Part shown: positions 9,595 through 17,973 of the stretch, in pieces | Layout: each line of letters opens with the position of its first letter | Position numbering within the stretch: the first letter of the stretch is position 1 | NCBI GenBank assembly: GCA_020346705.1 | Contig: CP070785.1 | Span: 1,108,749-1,147,330, forward strand | From: Chloroflexota bacterium | Lineage (GTDB): Bacteria; Chloroflexota; Anaerolineae; Anaerolineales; UBA4823 | Length of the DNA: 38,582 bases | Direction of reading: 5' to 3' | Notes under the pieces: generated by a model | What the model was told of the DNA's origin: nothing | Seen by the model: only the letters and a program-made list of their open reading frames with translations | Database searches by the model: none | Program-made: the position numbers and the translations under genes

Positions 9595-10803
9595 ATGCCA
9601 TTTGATCATTTGCCCCCTCTTTTACGAACCTCATCGAGCAAAATCGTTTTACTTGTCTTGGACGGATTGGGAGGTCTTCCAATCGAAGCTGGAGGGCCCA
9701 CTGAATTGGAAGCCGCCAAGACACCGAATATGGATCGACTCGCCTCCGAAGGTGCCCTCGGACAGGCAACACCCATCCGACCTGGAATTACTCCAGGGTC
9801 GGGTCCCGCCCATTTAGCGCTGTTTGGTTACGATCCGCTCGAATACGAGATCGGCCGGGGTGTTTTGGAATCTGTCGGTGTGGGCCTCCAGGTGAAGGCA
9901 GGGGATGTGGCTGCGCGGGGCAATTTCTGCACTCTTAATGAACAGGGCAACATCACCGACCGGCGCGCCGGTCGCATTCCCACTGCAGAAGCTATCCCCG
10001 TTGTCGAACAATTGAAGAGCATCAGCCTCTCAGGCGTCACAACCGAGGTGCGCCACGTGAAGGAATATCGTTTCGCCATAGTGATGCGTGGAGAGGGCCT
10101 TAATCCTGAGATCGACGATACCGATCCTCAGCGTACAGGAGTCCCTCCGCTGTCTGCCATTCCCAGGTCGCCAGCAGCTGACCACACTGCAGATCTGTTC
10201 AATCAATGGATCGCAAAGGCTCGCCAGGCATTGGCAGACAACCAAAAAGCCAATGGATTGACTCTGCGCGGTTTTGCAACCGATCCAAACCTGCCTACCT
10301 TCCAGGACTCTTACGGATTAAACGCGGCCGCTATCTCGGTCTACCCGATGTATAAAGGTGTCGCCAATCTGGTTGGTATGGAGGTGATCGACTTTAAAGG
10401 TGAGACTCCCGAAGACGAATTCAACGCCCTCGCCGATGTGTGGCAGGAACACGATTTCTTCTTCATTCACATCAAGAAAACTGACAGTAAAGGAGAGGAT
10501 GGGGATTTCGCTGGCAAAGCCCAGATCATCGAAAGCGTCGATAGAGCCTTACCAGCCTTGCTGAACCTCAATCCGGAGGTATTGATCATCACCGGCGATC
10601 ACTCCACACCTGCTAAAATGCGGACTCACTCCTGGCACCCGGTTCCTTTCCTGTTATGGGCTCCTGCAACCGTTAGATCAGATGTCCAGTCAAGTTTTGG
10701 GGAAAGCGCTTGCGCTCGCGGGGGATTAGGTAATATTTCCTCCATGGATACCTTACCCCTGGCTCTGGCACACGCCGGGCGATTAGAAAAATTCGGCGCA
10801 TAA
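9595..10803 (+). CDS. apgM: cofactor-independent phosphoglycerate mutase, archaeal type
   Basis: 402 aa. N-terminal KIVLLVLDGLGGLP, an internal GNITDRRAGRI pattern, and C-terminal ITGDHSTP...HSWHPVPFLLW, typical of the ApgM family. Confidence 0.8.
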   Translation: MPFDHLPPLLRTSSSKIVLLVLDGLGGLPIEAGGPTELEAAKTPNMDRLASEGALGQATPIRPGITPGSGPAHLALFGYDPLEYEIGRGVLESVGVGLQVKAGDVAARGNFCTLNEQGNITDRRAGRIPTAEAIPVVEQLKSISLSGVTTEVRHVKEYRFAIVMRGEGLNPEIDDTDPQRTGVPPLSAIPRSPAADHTADLFNQWIAKARQALADNQKANGLTLRGFATDPNLPTFQDSYGLNAAAISVYPMYKGVANLVGMEVIDFKGETPEDEFNALADVWQEHDFFFIHIKKTDSKGEDGDFAGKAQIIESVDRALPALLNLNPEVLIITGDHSTPAKMRTHSWHPVPFLLWAPATVRSDVQSSFGESACARGGLGNISSMDTLPLALAHAGRLEKFGA

Positions 10804-10810
10804 AAAAACG

Positions 10811-10835
10811 GGGACGGTTGATAGCAAACCGTCCC
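10811..10835. terminator. bidirectional hairpin terminator between convergent apgM and the minus-strand operon
   Basis: GGGACGGTT (10811-10819) pairs with AACCGTCCC (10827-10835) across a 7-nt loop. An A7 run lies upstream on the plus strand, which gives a T7 tract for the minus-strand transcript. Confidence 0.75.
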
Positions 10836-10842
10836 GATTTCG

Positions 10843-11535
10843 TTAAGCTTGGTTTGTTTTCTTTCGAAATCCTAATCCAAGTGCCAATCCAGCCGCCAAT
10901 GAAAGCAAACCAATGGCGATAAATGTGTCCCGCCAGAAACGTTCTGGGAAAAGGCGGATCAACGTATCTGAGAATCTGAATACCCAGGTTCCTGGATCAA
11001 AGAATACATCATGGAAAAATACAAAGAACACGCTGAAAGCGATTAATACCGCCACCATCGTGACCGCGACCAGGACAACGGTTATCCAGCCTCCATTGCT
11101 CAACCCCTGTTTGTAGCCCCCCATCCAGCCACCAAAATATGCCCAAATACCGAGCAAGATGATCCCTGCCAGGCAGGCATACCATACGATGAGCGTAGAC
11201 TGAACTACATTTTTTACGTCGACCATATGCTTAAGTTCCCGGGCGTTATAGAGCGGGGAACCATCCTCGAATTGTAATTCTGCCAGGAAATTAATCCCCT
11301 CATCGTTAAGCAGATAATCCAGGGCGATCATTGACCAATGCAAGCGGTCTTCCTGGGTAAACCCATACGGATCGGGGGGGAAATTCGGCGTGCGGTATTC
11401 CAACTGCACAAAAGCGGGGGTCAATAAGAGACGAACTGAGGTCAAGATCAATACCAGCGGGACGAGAATTGCCACCACCCAAGATAACCATCTTTGATAA
11501 CCAGAACTGACTGATTCCTGAGCTTTTTCGGTCAT
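10843..11535 (-). CDS. TIGR01906/DUF1461-family integral membrane protein (Lit-like family)
   Basis: Start set at ATG 11535, which overlaps the upstream stop (ATGA at 11532-11535). Pattern: N-terminal TM, then NFPPDPYGFTQEDRLHWS, ELKHMVDVKNV, several TM helices, FHDVFFDPGTWVF and LFPERFWRD. Confidence 0.7.
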   Translation of the reverse strand: MTEKAQESVSSGYQRWLSWVVAILVPLVLILTSVRLLLTPAFVQLEYRTPNFPPDPYGFTQEDRLHWSMIALDYLLNDEGINFLAELQFEDGSPLYNARELKHMVDVKNVVQSTLIVWYACLAGIILLGIWAYFGGWMGGYKQGLSNGGWITVVLVAVTMVAVLIAFSVFFVFFHDVFFDPGTWVFRFSDTLIRLFPERFWRDTFIAIGLLSLAAGLALGLGFRKKTNQA

Positions 11536-13097
11536 TGTAAGATCTCCATATCTCCAAACAACATAAAACGGAGCACCATGTTGTTCGTAATCCACTCAAT
11601 TGGTGCTAAATCATCGGTGAAAATCGTACCAGATTCAGAAACTGGCTTAAGGTTTAGTGCGGTGATCTTCATGGCCTCGATCAATAGCGGATGCACATCA
11701 GGATTTTCGGTTACCTCAAACAAATTCGTGAACAGGTATTCCTCGGTTGTGGGTTGTTTGGTGGCATAAATAATGGAATTAAATGTTTCCGGCACATCCA
11801 TGACATATACTGAAGGAAAAACTGCTTTCAAAGTGACCACCAAAGCATCAACCAGCCTGCGATCTTCTGGCGCGCGGCCAACATTTATCGCAATTGCGCC
11901 TTCCTCCGTCAACCGGTCGTGCACAATTTGAAAATATTCGCGTGTTGCGAGATGCCAGGGGATGTACGGTGGGCGATAAGCATCCAGGGCGATCAAATCA
12001 TATTTACGTGAGCTGTGTTCAAGTCCCCAGCGACCGTCCTGAGCTAATGCGTCCAGATTCGGCTGGTTCATGCCAAAGAATTTTTCTCCAACCTCGATGA
12101 TGCGGTCATCGATCTCAAAACCATCAATCGGGATTGGGCCGTAGACCTCGGTTGCCTGCCGCGCGGTTGTACCCCCGGCAAGTCCAACGATAGCGATACT
12201 CTGTACGTTATCGGTTGTGACTGCAGGCTGGTTGAAGAATGGGGCCACAAGGAACTGCTTCCAAGGACCGTAATAGTTGAGTTCTGCCGGATGGTAAGTA
12301 GAATGAACACCCTGGCCTTCGTTCAGCCGCAAGTAACGATATCCATCCTCTTCCAACACCTGGATGTAATTATATTGAGATTCTGTTTCGAAGATCTGCC
12401 CCTGGGTTGCCTTAACTCCCCTGCCCATTCCGAAGATCACCAATAGGAGAATCACGATGGGCATCCACGCCCACCTGATTGCCATCTTCCAACCCTGAGA
12501 TAACCACAATCCAATCAGGGCGACCAGCATCAAGAAAATGCTGAAGACGATAAATGTCATCGTGGTGCCAATGGTCGGGATGAGCACCAATACCGGCAGG
12601 AATGTCCCCACAAATGACCCCAAGGTCGAGATAGCATAAACACGACCAGACACTCTACCGGCCTCCTCAGGCGTGCGGATGGCCAGCCTGATCGCGAATG
12701 GTGAAACCGTACCCAGCAAGGTAACTGGAAGGCTGAACAAGACCAGCACTCCAGTAAATGCCCCCAGAAGAATTCCGATTTGCAGGTTGTCGAAAGCATT
12801 CGCCGCAGATCTCAACACCGGATTTGCTACCAATGGGACCAGACCAATCAAGAAAGCGCCCCAGGCCATGATCAGGTACATGGTCCACAATTGCGGTGAA
12901 CGATCAGCCCACCAGCCGCCCAGAAAATAACCCGCTGCAAGGTATATCAGGATTAAGCCGATTATGCTGGCCCACACCAAGTTGCTCGTCCCAAAGATAT
13001 TGCCTAATAATCGCCCCGCGGTCAGTTCTACCGCCAGGGTAGTCATTCCAGAAGCAAATACCGCAAAATAGAGATAATTCCTATTGGCGGGATTCAT
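11532..13097 (-). CDS. membrane-anchored spermidine-synthase-fold protein (fused polytopic membrane domain plus aminopropyl/methyltransferase-like domain)
   Basis: Start set at ATG 13097 (MNPANRNY), which overlaps the upstream stop (ATGA at 13094-13097). About 7 TM helices in the first ~220 aa. A Rossmann-type domain follows with IAIVGLAGGTTARQ, FEIDDRIIEVGEKFF and DLIALDAYRPPYIPWHLATREYF. Confidence 0.75.
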   Translation of the reverse strand: MNPANRNYLYFAVFASGMTTLAVELTAGRLLGNIFGTSNLVWASIIGLILIYLAAGYFLGGWWADRSPQLWTMYLIMAWGAFLIGLVPLVANPVLRSAANAFDNLQIGILLGAFTGVLVLFSLPVTLLGTVSPFAIRLAIRTPEEAGRVSGRVYAISTLGSFVGTFLPVLVLIPTIGTTMTFIVFSIFLMLVALIGLWLSQGWKMAIRWAWMPIVILLLVIFGMGRGVKATQGQIFETESQYNYIQVLEEDGYRYLRLNEGQGVHSTYHPAELNYYGPWKQFLVAPFFNQPAVTTDNVQSIAIVGLAGGTTARQATEVYGPIPIDGFEIDDRIIEVGEKFFGMNQPNLDALAQDGRWGLEHSSRKYDLIALDAYRPPYIPWHLATREYFQIVHDRLTEEGAIAINVGRAPEDRRLVDALVVTLKAVFPSVYVMDVPETFNSIIYATKQPTTEEYLFTNLFEVTENPDVHPLLIEAMKITALNLKPVSESGTIFTDDLAPIEWITNNMVLRFMLFGDMEILQ

Positions 13098-14143
13098 TTC
13101 CGTCTCTCTAGAAACAACCAGCTGACGTAGCCAACAAAGCGCACCAGCCAAAATGCGATCAGGCGGTAGGTCAAACCAGCAGCGATAGCTACTGCTCCGG
13201 GAACTCCCAACCAGGAAAATATCACTGGAACCAATGCCTCCGTCATTACCAATCCACCTGGTAGAGCGCTAAGTCCACTTGAGGTAAGGATCAAACCATA
13301 TCCAATCATGAGCGTTTCTGGAGCGATTGAATAACCGAACATTCTAAAACAGACGCCCAGGGTGATAACGTCCAGAAAAACCTTGACATAAGCAGAAATC
13401 GGAAATTTGATGAATGAAGAACGCGGGTAGCGGCGTAAATTCTGGTTGAAATAAACCAGGCGTTCATCGAGCTCTTCGAAATCCAGGTATCTGTACTTCT
13501 TAGCATGCCTGTTCCAAAACTGGACGAAATTTCGCAGGACATTTTTGCTCCGCTCATAATCACTCAGGATGCGCCAGACGAGCCATCCAATCACGATCAC
13601 CAACACCCCTAAAAAAACAAGGGTGAAGATATTCAGCAAGCTTAACCCACCGATTTGGATCAAATATACTATCCCTATCAGGGCAACAGTCACCAGGGCA
13701 ATTAATTCCAACGTAGTTTCCACTACGAGTGAGAAAAGCGATTCTTCAGGCAGATAATCGTACTTTCTCAATAAGTGGACTCTCAACGCTACGCCACTTA
13801 ATCCCGCACTTGGAATAGCGACAGCAATGAACGCCATTGAGGTCAACACGCCCGCCAAGGGGATGAACCTGATTTTGCCTGAAAAAGGTTCTAGAGACAA
13901 TGCATTCAGCCAGGTTAAAGAACTATAGGAAATTACCTGGACGATAATGGCAACTAAGAACCAGATCCACTCAGCTGTGCGAAAAAGGTTAGCAGCGGCT
14001 TGCAATTCCCCTAGCAGCGGCCAGAAAAACCACAGCAGCAACCCAAGCAGCGCCACCGATATTGCAAGCCGCCACCATTTCCGGTTTGAAGTGCTAGAAA
14101 CTTGTCCTGTGGGAGTTACCCCTTCGCTATCAGCAGGGGGCAT
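13094..14143 (-). CDS. flippase-like (LPG-synthase-TM type) polytopic membrane protein
   Basis: 349 aa with about 8 TM helices. The overall pattern matches the UPF0104/flippase-like family that often neighbours GT2 genes. ATG 14143 lies 9 nt after the GT2 stop. Confidence 0.6.
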   Translation of the reverse strand: MPPADSEGVTPTGQVSSTSNRKWWRLAISVALLGLLLWFFWPLLGELQAAANLFRTAEWIWFLVAIIVQVISYSSLTWLNALSLEPFSGKIRFIPLAGVLTSMAFIAVAIPSAGLSGVALRVHLLRKYDYLPEESLFSLVVETTLELIALVTVALIGIVYLIQIGGLSLLNIFTLVFLGVLVIVIGWLVWRILSDYERSKNVLRNFVQFWNRHAKKYRYLDFEELDERLVYFNQNLRRYPRSSFIKFPISAYVKVFLDVITLGVCFRMFGYSIAPETLMIGYGLILTSSGLSALPGGLVMTEALVPVIFSWLGVPGAVAIAAGLTYRLIAFWLVRFVGYVSWLFLERRK

Positions 14144-14152
14144 TCCAGACCC

Positions 14153-14896
14153 TTACCTCGTATGCGGCCATAATCCGAACCGTTGCAATCCCCCAGCCTG
14201 ATACCAGGCAGACACGATTTGCCTATACATGCTGACCCTGTTTTTTGCGCCAATCCAAACCCCTCGATGGGCTTCACTTGGTAAATGCCAAACACCCGGC
14301 ATTGGAACGCGGGTACATCGCCACCCATATTGGCCGGCAGCAACGGTAAGAGCTGTTTCGAAGCCATATCCTTGGGCGGCAGTGAAGGAAATCTGACCCA
14401 AAAGATTAGCTCGCAAGCAGCGCTGGCCACTCAACCATGGTGTCAGCCAATGAGAAAAATCTGAAGCGAATTTACCATTATTAAACTGACCGATGGACAT
14501 GTCAACCCGGTTTGTGATCACGGGATGCATTAAATCAAAGGCATGCTGCGGTTTCAATCCAAATAAATCACCATCCAAGAGGAGTATATAAGGTGATTTC
14601 GTGGCTTCCCAGGCTGAAAAAATCGCCTGCCCCTTGCCAAGATTTCTTTCATTCTGCAGTAATCGTAGACGATGGTCAGATTGGGCTGCGATATTTATCT
14701 CTTCCACCGAAGAATCGGTCGATCCATCGTCAACAACCACTATTTCGCTTAGCTGATAGACCTGGCGCAGGGCTTCCAAGACAATCCCAACTTTGCCTGC
14801 CTCGTTATAAACAGGAATGATGGCTGATATTCTTGGCCTGGTTGCAGATGCGGGAGGTGCGATTCTTCGGGCGATCATCATAGCACTGTTTGTCAA
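14153..14896 (-). CDS. family 2 glycosyltransferase
   Basis: ISAIIPVYNEAGKV, VVVDDGSTDSS, and DxD present as LLLDGDL. The start is uncertain (TTG 14896 or ATG 14881). Confidence 0.85.
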   Translation of the reverse strand: MTNSAMMIARRIAPPASATRPRISAIIPVYNEAGKVGIVLEALRQVYQLSEIVVVDDGSTDSSVEEINIAAQSDHRLRLLQNERNLGKGQAIFSAWEATKSPYILLLDGDLFGLKPQHAFDLMHPVITNRVDMSIGQFNNGKFASDFSHWLTPWLSGQRCLRANLLGQISFTAAQGYGFETALTVAAGQYGWRCTRVPMPGVWHLPSEAHRGVWIGAKNRVSMYRQIVSAWYQAGGLQRFGLWPHTR

Positions 14897-15029
14897 TGGG
14901 AAGGATTTACACTACCTCTCTATAAGCATGTCATTATATCGTAGATATATTCTACCTGCAGTATCTCCGATTTGAATGAGAATTATTTCCTAATAAACTG
15001 TTCATGTTAAATCTCCCGACAGCTCATCT

Positions 15030-15073
15030 TGGTATAATTCACACTTGACCAAAACCGTTACCCAGTTCATATT
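15030..15073 (+). promoter_or_regulatory. candidate alaS promoters: extended -10 TGGTATAAT, and TTGACC - 17 nt - CATATT
   Basis: TGGTATAAT at 15030-15038. TTGACC at 15045-15050, a 17-nt spacer, CATATT at 15068-15073. AGGAG lies 6 nt before ATG 15129. Confidence 0.4.
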
Positions 15074-15128
15074 CTAGAATCATTACCCTTGAATTGCCTG
15101 CTGGAAGTGACATATATCAGGAGTCAAC

Positions 15129-17891
15129 ATGTTCGATAAAAAATATACAGGATCACGAATCCGGCAGTCATTTATCGATTTCTTCATTGATAAAGGGCAT
15201 ACCTTTGTACCTTCATCGTCACTCGTTCCGGGAGGAGATCAGACCCTATTATTTACCAATGCCGGTATGGTTCAGTTCAAGGATGTTTTCCTCGGAGCAG
15301 ATAAGCGACCTTATACCCGGGCAGCGAATTCCCAAAAGTGCATGCGCGTGGCGGGAAAGCATAATGACCTCGATGATGTCGGTCGCGATGATACTCACCA
15401 TACATTTTTTGAAATGCTGGGAAATTGGTCTTTTGGTGATTACTACAAGAAAGAGGCCATCGAATGGGCCTGGGAATTACTGACCGATGTTTGGGGTCTA
15501 CCTCAAGATCTCCTTTGGGCAACCTGCTTTGAGGATGAGCAGGGTGAGATCGAACGCGATGATGAAGCAGCAAACCACTGGCTCAAACAATCCGGGTTCA
15601 ATCCGTCACAGGTGCTCTTTTTCGGCAGGAAAGATAATTTTTGGGAGATGGCCGAAACGGGCCCCAGTGGTCCTAATAGTGAAATCCACCTTGATATGGG
15701 ACCGGGACTATGTATTCATGAAGATGAGCCGGATCATGTTTGCCAGGTGAATTTAGATGGTTGCACTCGTTACCTTGAGCTGTGGAACCTGGTCTTTATG
15801 CAGTACAACCGGACCGGACCGAAGACACTTGAACCCCTCCCAGCCAAACACGTTGATACAGGTTTAGGACTGGAAAGAATCGCGCTTGTGCTTCAAGGTG
15901 TCGACTCGAATTACAAGACCGACCTGCTCAAGCCAACGATGGATGCTGTTCAAGCGCTTACCGGGCATACCGCTGAGGAAAGAGAGTCAAATCTCACCCC
16001 ATACAGGGTAATAACCGATCATGCCCGCGCAGCAGCGTTTCTAATCGCCGATGGGGTTGTCCCTGGCAACACAGGACGGAACTATGTAAGCCGGATGATC
16101 ATCCGCCGGGCAGCGCGTTTTGGCAGCTTGATGGGTCTTAATGAGCCATTCCTGGCAACCATCGCCCAGAGCATAATCGACAACTATGGCGAGTTTTACA
16201 AAGAATTAAATCGCAACCAGGCCGCCATATTGGACAACATCACCCGCGAGGAGATGAGATTCCAACAGACGGTCGAGGCAGGTGTCTCAAAACTGGAGGT
16301 TATGCTGGACCAAATTCAAGCTGAAAGTGAAAGGGATATGCCTGGTGAAAAGGCATTTGACCTTTATGCAACCTACGGCTTACCTCTGGAGATCACCCGA
16401 GATATTGCCCGTGAAAAAGACATTGAAGTGGATGAAGAAGGCTTCCAAACCGCCATGGAGCAGCACCGGCTTGCATCTGGCGCGGGAGAGGTATTTGGCA
16501 CCTTTGGTGATGCTAACATAGAGCTCTACCAGGAACTGCTGGAGGATCTTCAAGAAAAAGGGGAAGTCAGCCCTCAAGGCATCCGCTATGATCCATATGA
16601 CAGGTACGAGGTTGAAGGAAAGGTGTTGGCCCTGGTCAGGGATGGCGCGCTCATCCAGCAAGCCGAACCTGGTGACCAGGTGGAAGTACTTCTCCCAGAT
16701 ACACCTTTTTATATTGAGGCAGGAGGTCAGGTATCCGATACCGGGATAATCAGGTCAACCACAGATCCAAAGTGGGAGATCAGAGTGAAAGGCATGCGTA
16801 TGCCTGCCTCTGGAGTCATCGTCCATGTTGGCGAGGTCATTTTTGGCCAGCCTGCTGCTGGAGACCCGGTATTCGCACAAGTAGATATCCAACGCAGATT
16901 CGATATCATGCGCAACCATACTGCCACCCACCTGCTGCACGCAGAGCTGCATTCAGTATTGGGAGACCACGCCAGGCAGGCTGGTTCACTGGTCGCACCT
17001 GATCGCTTGCGTTTTGATTTCACCCATCCAGAAGCATTGACCAAAGACCAACTGCACGAAATTGAAGCCGGGGTGAACCGCAATATATTCCGCAATTATG
17101 CCTTGAATATTGTCTTTAAACCTCTCCAAGTGGCGATCGATGAAGGTGCAATCGCGCTCTTCGGAGAGAAATATGCTGAGAATGTACGCACAATCACCAT
17201 TGGTGACGAAACGCCATTTTCTTATGAACTATGCGGTGGGACCCATGTCCGCGAAACTGCGGACATCGGCACATTTCTAATCACCGGTGAGAGCAGCGTG
17301 GGGGCTGGTTTACGCAGGATCGAAGCTGTGACTGGCCATGGTGCATATGAACTTGTCCAGCATCGTTTTTCGCTCTTAGAAGAGACTGCCAGGCTATTAG
17401 AGGCCAACACAGAACAAGTCGTGGATAAAACCGAGACGATTTTGAGCCAATTAGACGAGGTTCGGAAACAGGTTGCATCTCTCCGGCGGGAGATGAGCGC
17501 CCAGGATTTCGACCGTCTCATCGAAGATGTCCCACAAATTGAGGGCATTCCTGTCTTGGTCGCCAACCTGCCAAATGCAGATGCAGAAACCTTGCGGGAA
17601 ATGTCGGATCGTTTTCGCCAACAGTATCCCAGCAGTGTGGCTCTTCTGGCTTCGGTCTCGTCAGGTAGACCGGTATTGATCGCTACCGTTACTGATGATT
17701 TAGTGGCGCGCGGCCTGCACGCTGGAGAAATGGTTAAATATGCTGCCAAACCGCTAGGAGGAAGTGGTGGGGGTCGGCCCACTTTGGCTCAGGCTGGAGG
17801 AAAACATCCTGATAAGATCGAAGAATCCTTGGCCAAGGGCCAGGAATGGATCAAGGATAAACTGGAATCCTCCACTGATCGAAACGATTAG
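15129..17891 (+). CDS. alaS: alanine--tRNA ligase
   Basis: 920 aa. FTNAGMVQFK and HHTFFEMLGNWSFGDYYK in the catalytic core, HTATHLLH and CGGTH in the editing domain, and a C-terminal DHHA1-like GGSGGGRPTLAQAGG. Confidence 0.97.
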   Translation: MFDKKYTGSRIRQSFIDFFIDKGHTFVPSSSLVPGGDQTLLFTNAGMVQFKDVFLGADKRPYTRAANSQKCMRVAGKHNDLDDVGRDDTHHTFFEMLGNWSFGDYYKKEAIEWAWELLTDVWGLPQDLLWATCFEDEQGEIERDDEAANHWLKQSGFNPSQVLFFGRKDNFWEMAETGPSGPNSEIHLDMGPGLCIHEDEPDHVCQVNLDGCTRYLELWNLVFMQYNRTGPKTLEPLPAKHVDTGLGLERIALVLQGVDSNYKTDLLKPTMDAVQALTGHTAEERESNLTPYRVITDHARAAAFLIADGVVPGNTGRNYVSRMIIRRAARFGSLMGLNEPFLATIAQSIIDNYGEFYKELNRNQAAILDNITREEMRFQQTVEAGVSKLEVMLDQIQAESERDMPGEKAFDLYATYGLPLEITRDIAREKDIEVDEEGFQTAMEQHRLASGAGEVFGTFGDANIELYQELLEDLQEKGEVSPQGIRYDPYDRYEVEGKVLALVRDGALIQQAEPGDQVEVLLPDTPFYIEAGGQVSDTGIIRSTTDPKWEIRVKGMRMPASGVIVHVGEVIFGQPAAGDPVFAQVDIQRRFDIMRNHTATHLLHAELHSVLGDHARQAGSLVAPDRLRFDFTHPEALTKDQLHEIEAGVNRNIFRNYALNIVFKPLQVAIDEGAIALFGEKYAENVRTITIGDETPFSYELCGGTHVRETADIGTFLITGESSVGAGLRRIEAVTGHGAYELVQHRFSLLEETARLLEANTEQVVDKTETILSQLDEVRKQVASLRREMSAQDFDRLIEDVPQIEGIPVLVANLPNADAETLREMSDRFRQQYPSSVALLASVSSGRPVLIATVTDDLVARGLHAGEMVKYAAKPLGGSGGGRPTLAQAGGKHPDKIEESLAKGQEWIKDKLESSTDRND

Positions 17892-17973
17892 TTATTCTTA
17901 ACTCCACCACTAAGGATAAAGGATCTGGGGCACCCAATCAGTACGGTCACTTCACCTGCACCTAGGATTTTAA

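Noticed and set aside
11306-12888. Alternative-frame ORFs within the membrane operon (11306..11599, 12068..12310, 12557..12799, 12667..12888, 12673..12930)
   Set aside because: They are embedded in the long spermidine-synthase-fold and TIGR01906 reading frames and have no motifs or translation signals.
14897-15128. Possible T-box or other riboswitch leader upstream of alaS
   Set aside because: The 230-nt gap contains no recognisable T-box consensus (AGGGTGGTACCGCG-like) and no specifier/antiterminator architecture. Divergent promoters explain it better.
17222-17782. 186-aa minus-strand ORF (plus other long antisense or alternative-frame ORFs at 16727..17095 and 15277..15573) inside alaS
   Set aside because: It lies entirely within the confidently identified alaS reading frame. 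The composition is Arg/Ser/Pro-rich, typical of antisense shadow ORFs, and I recognise no motifs or start signals.
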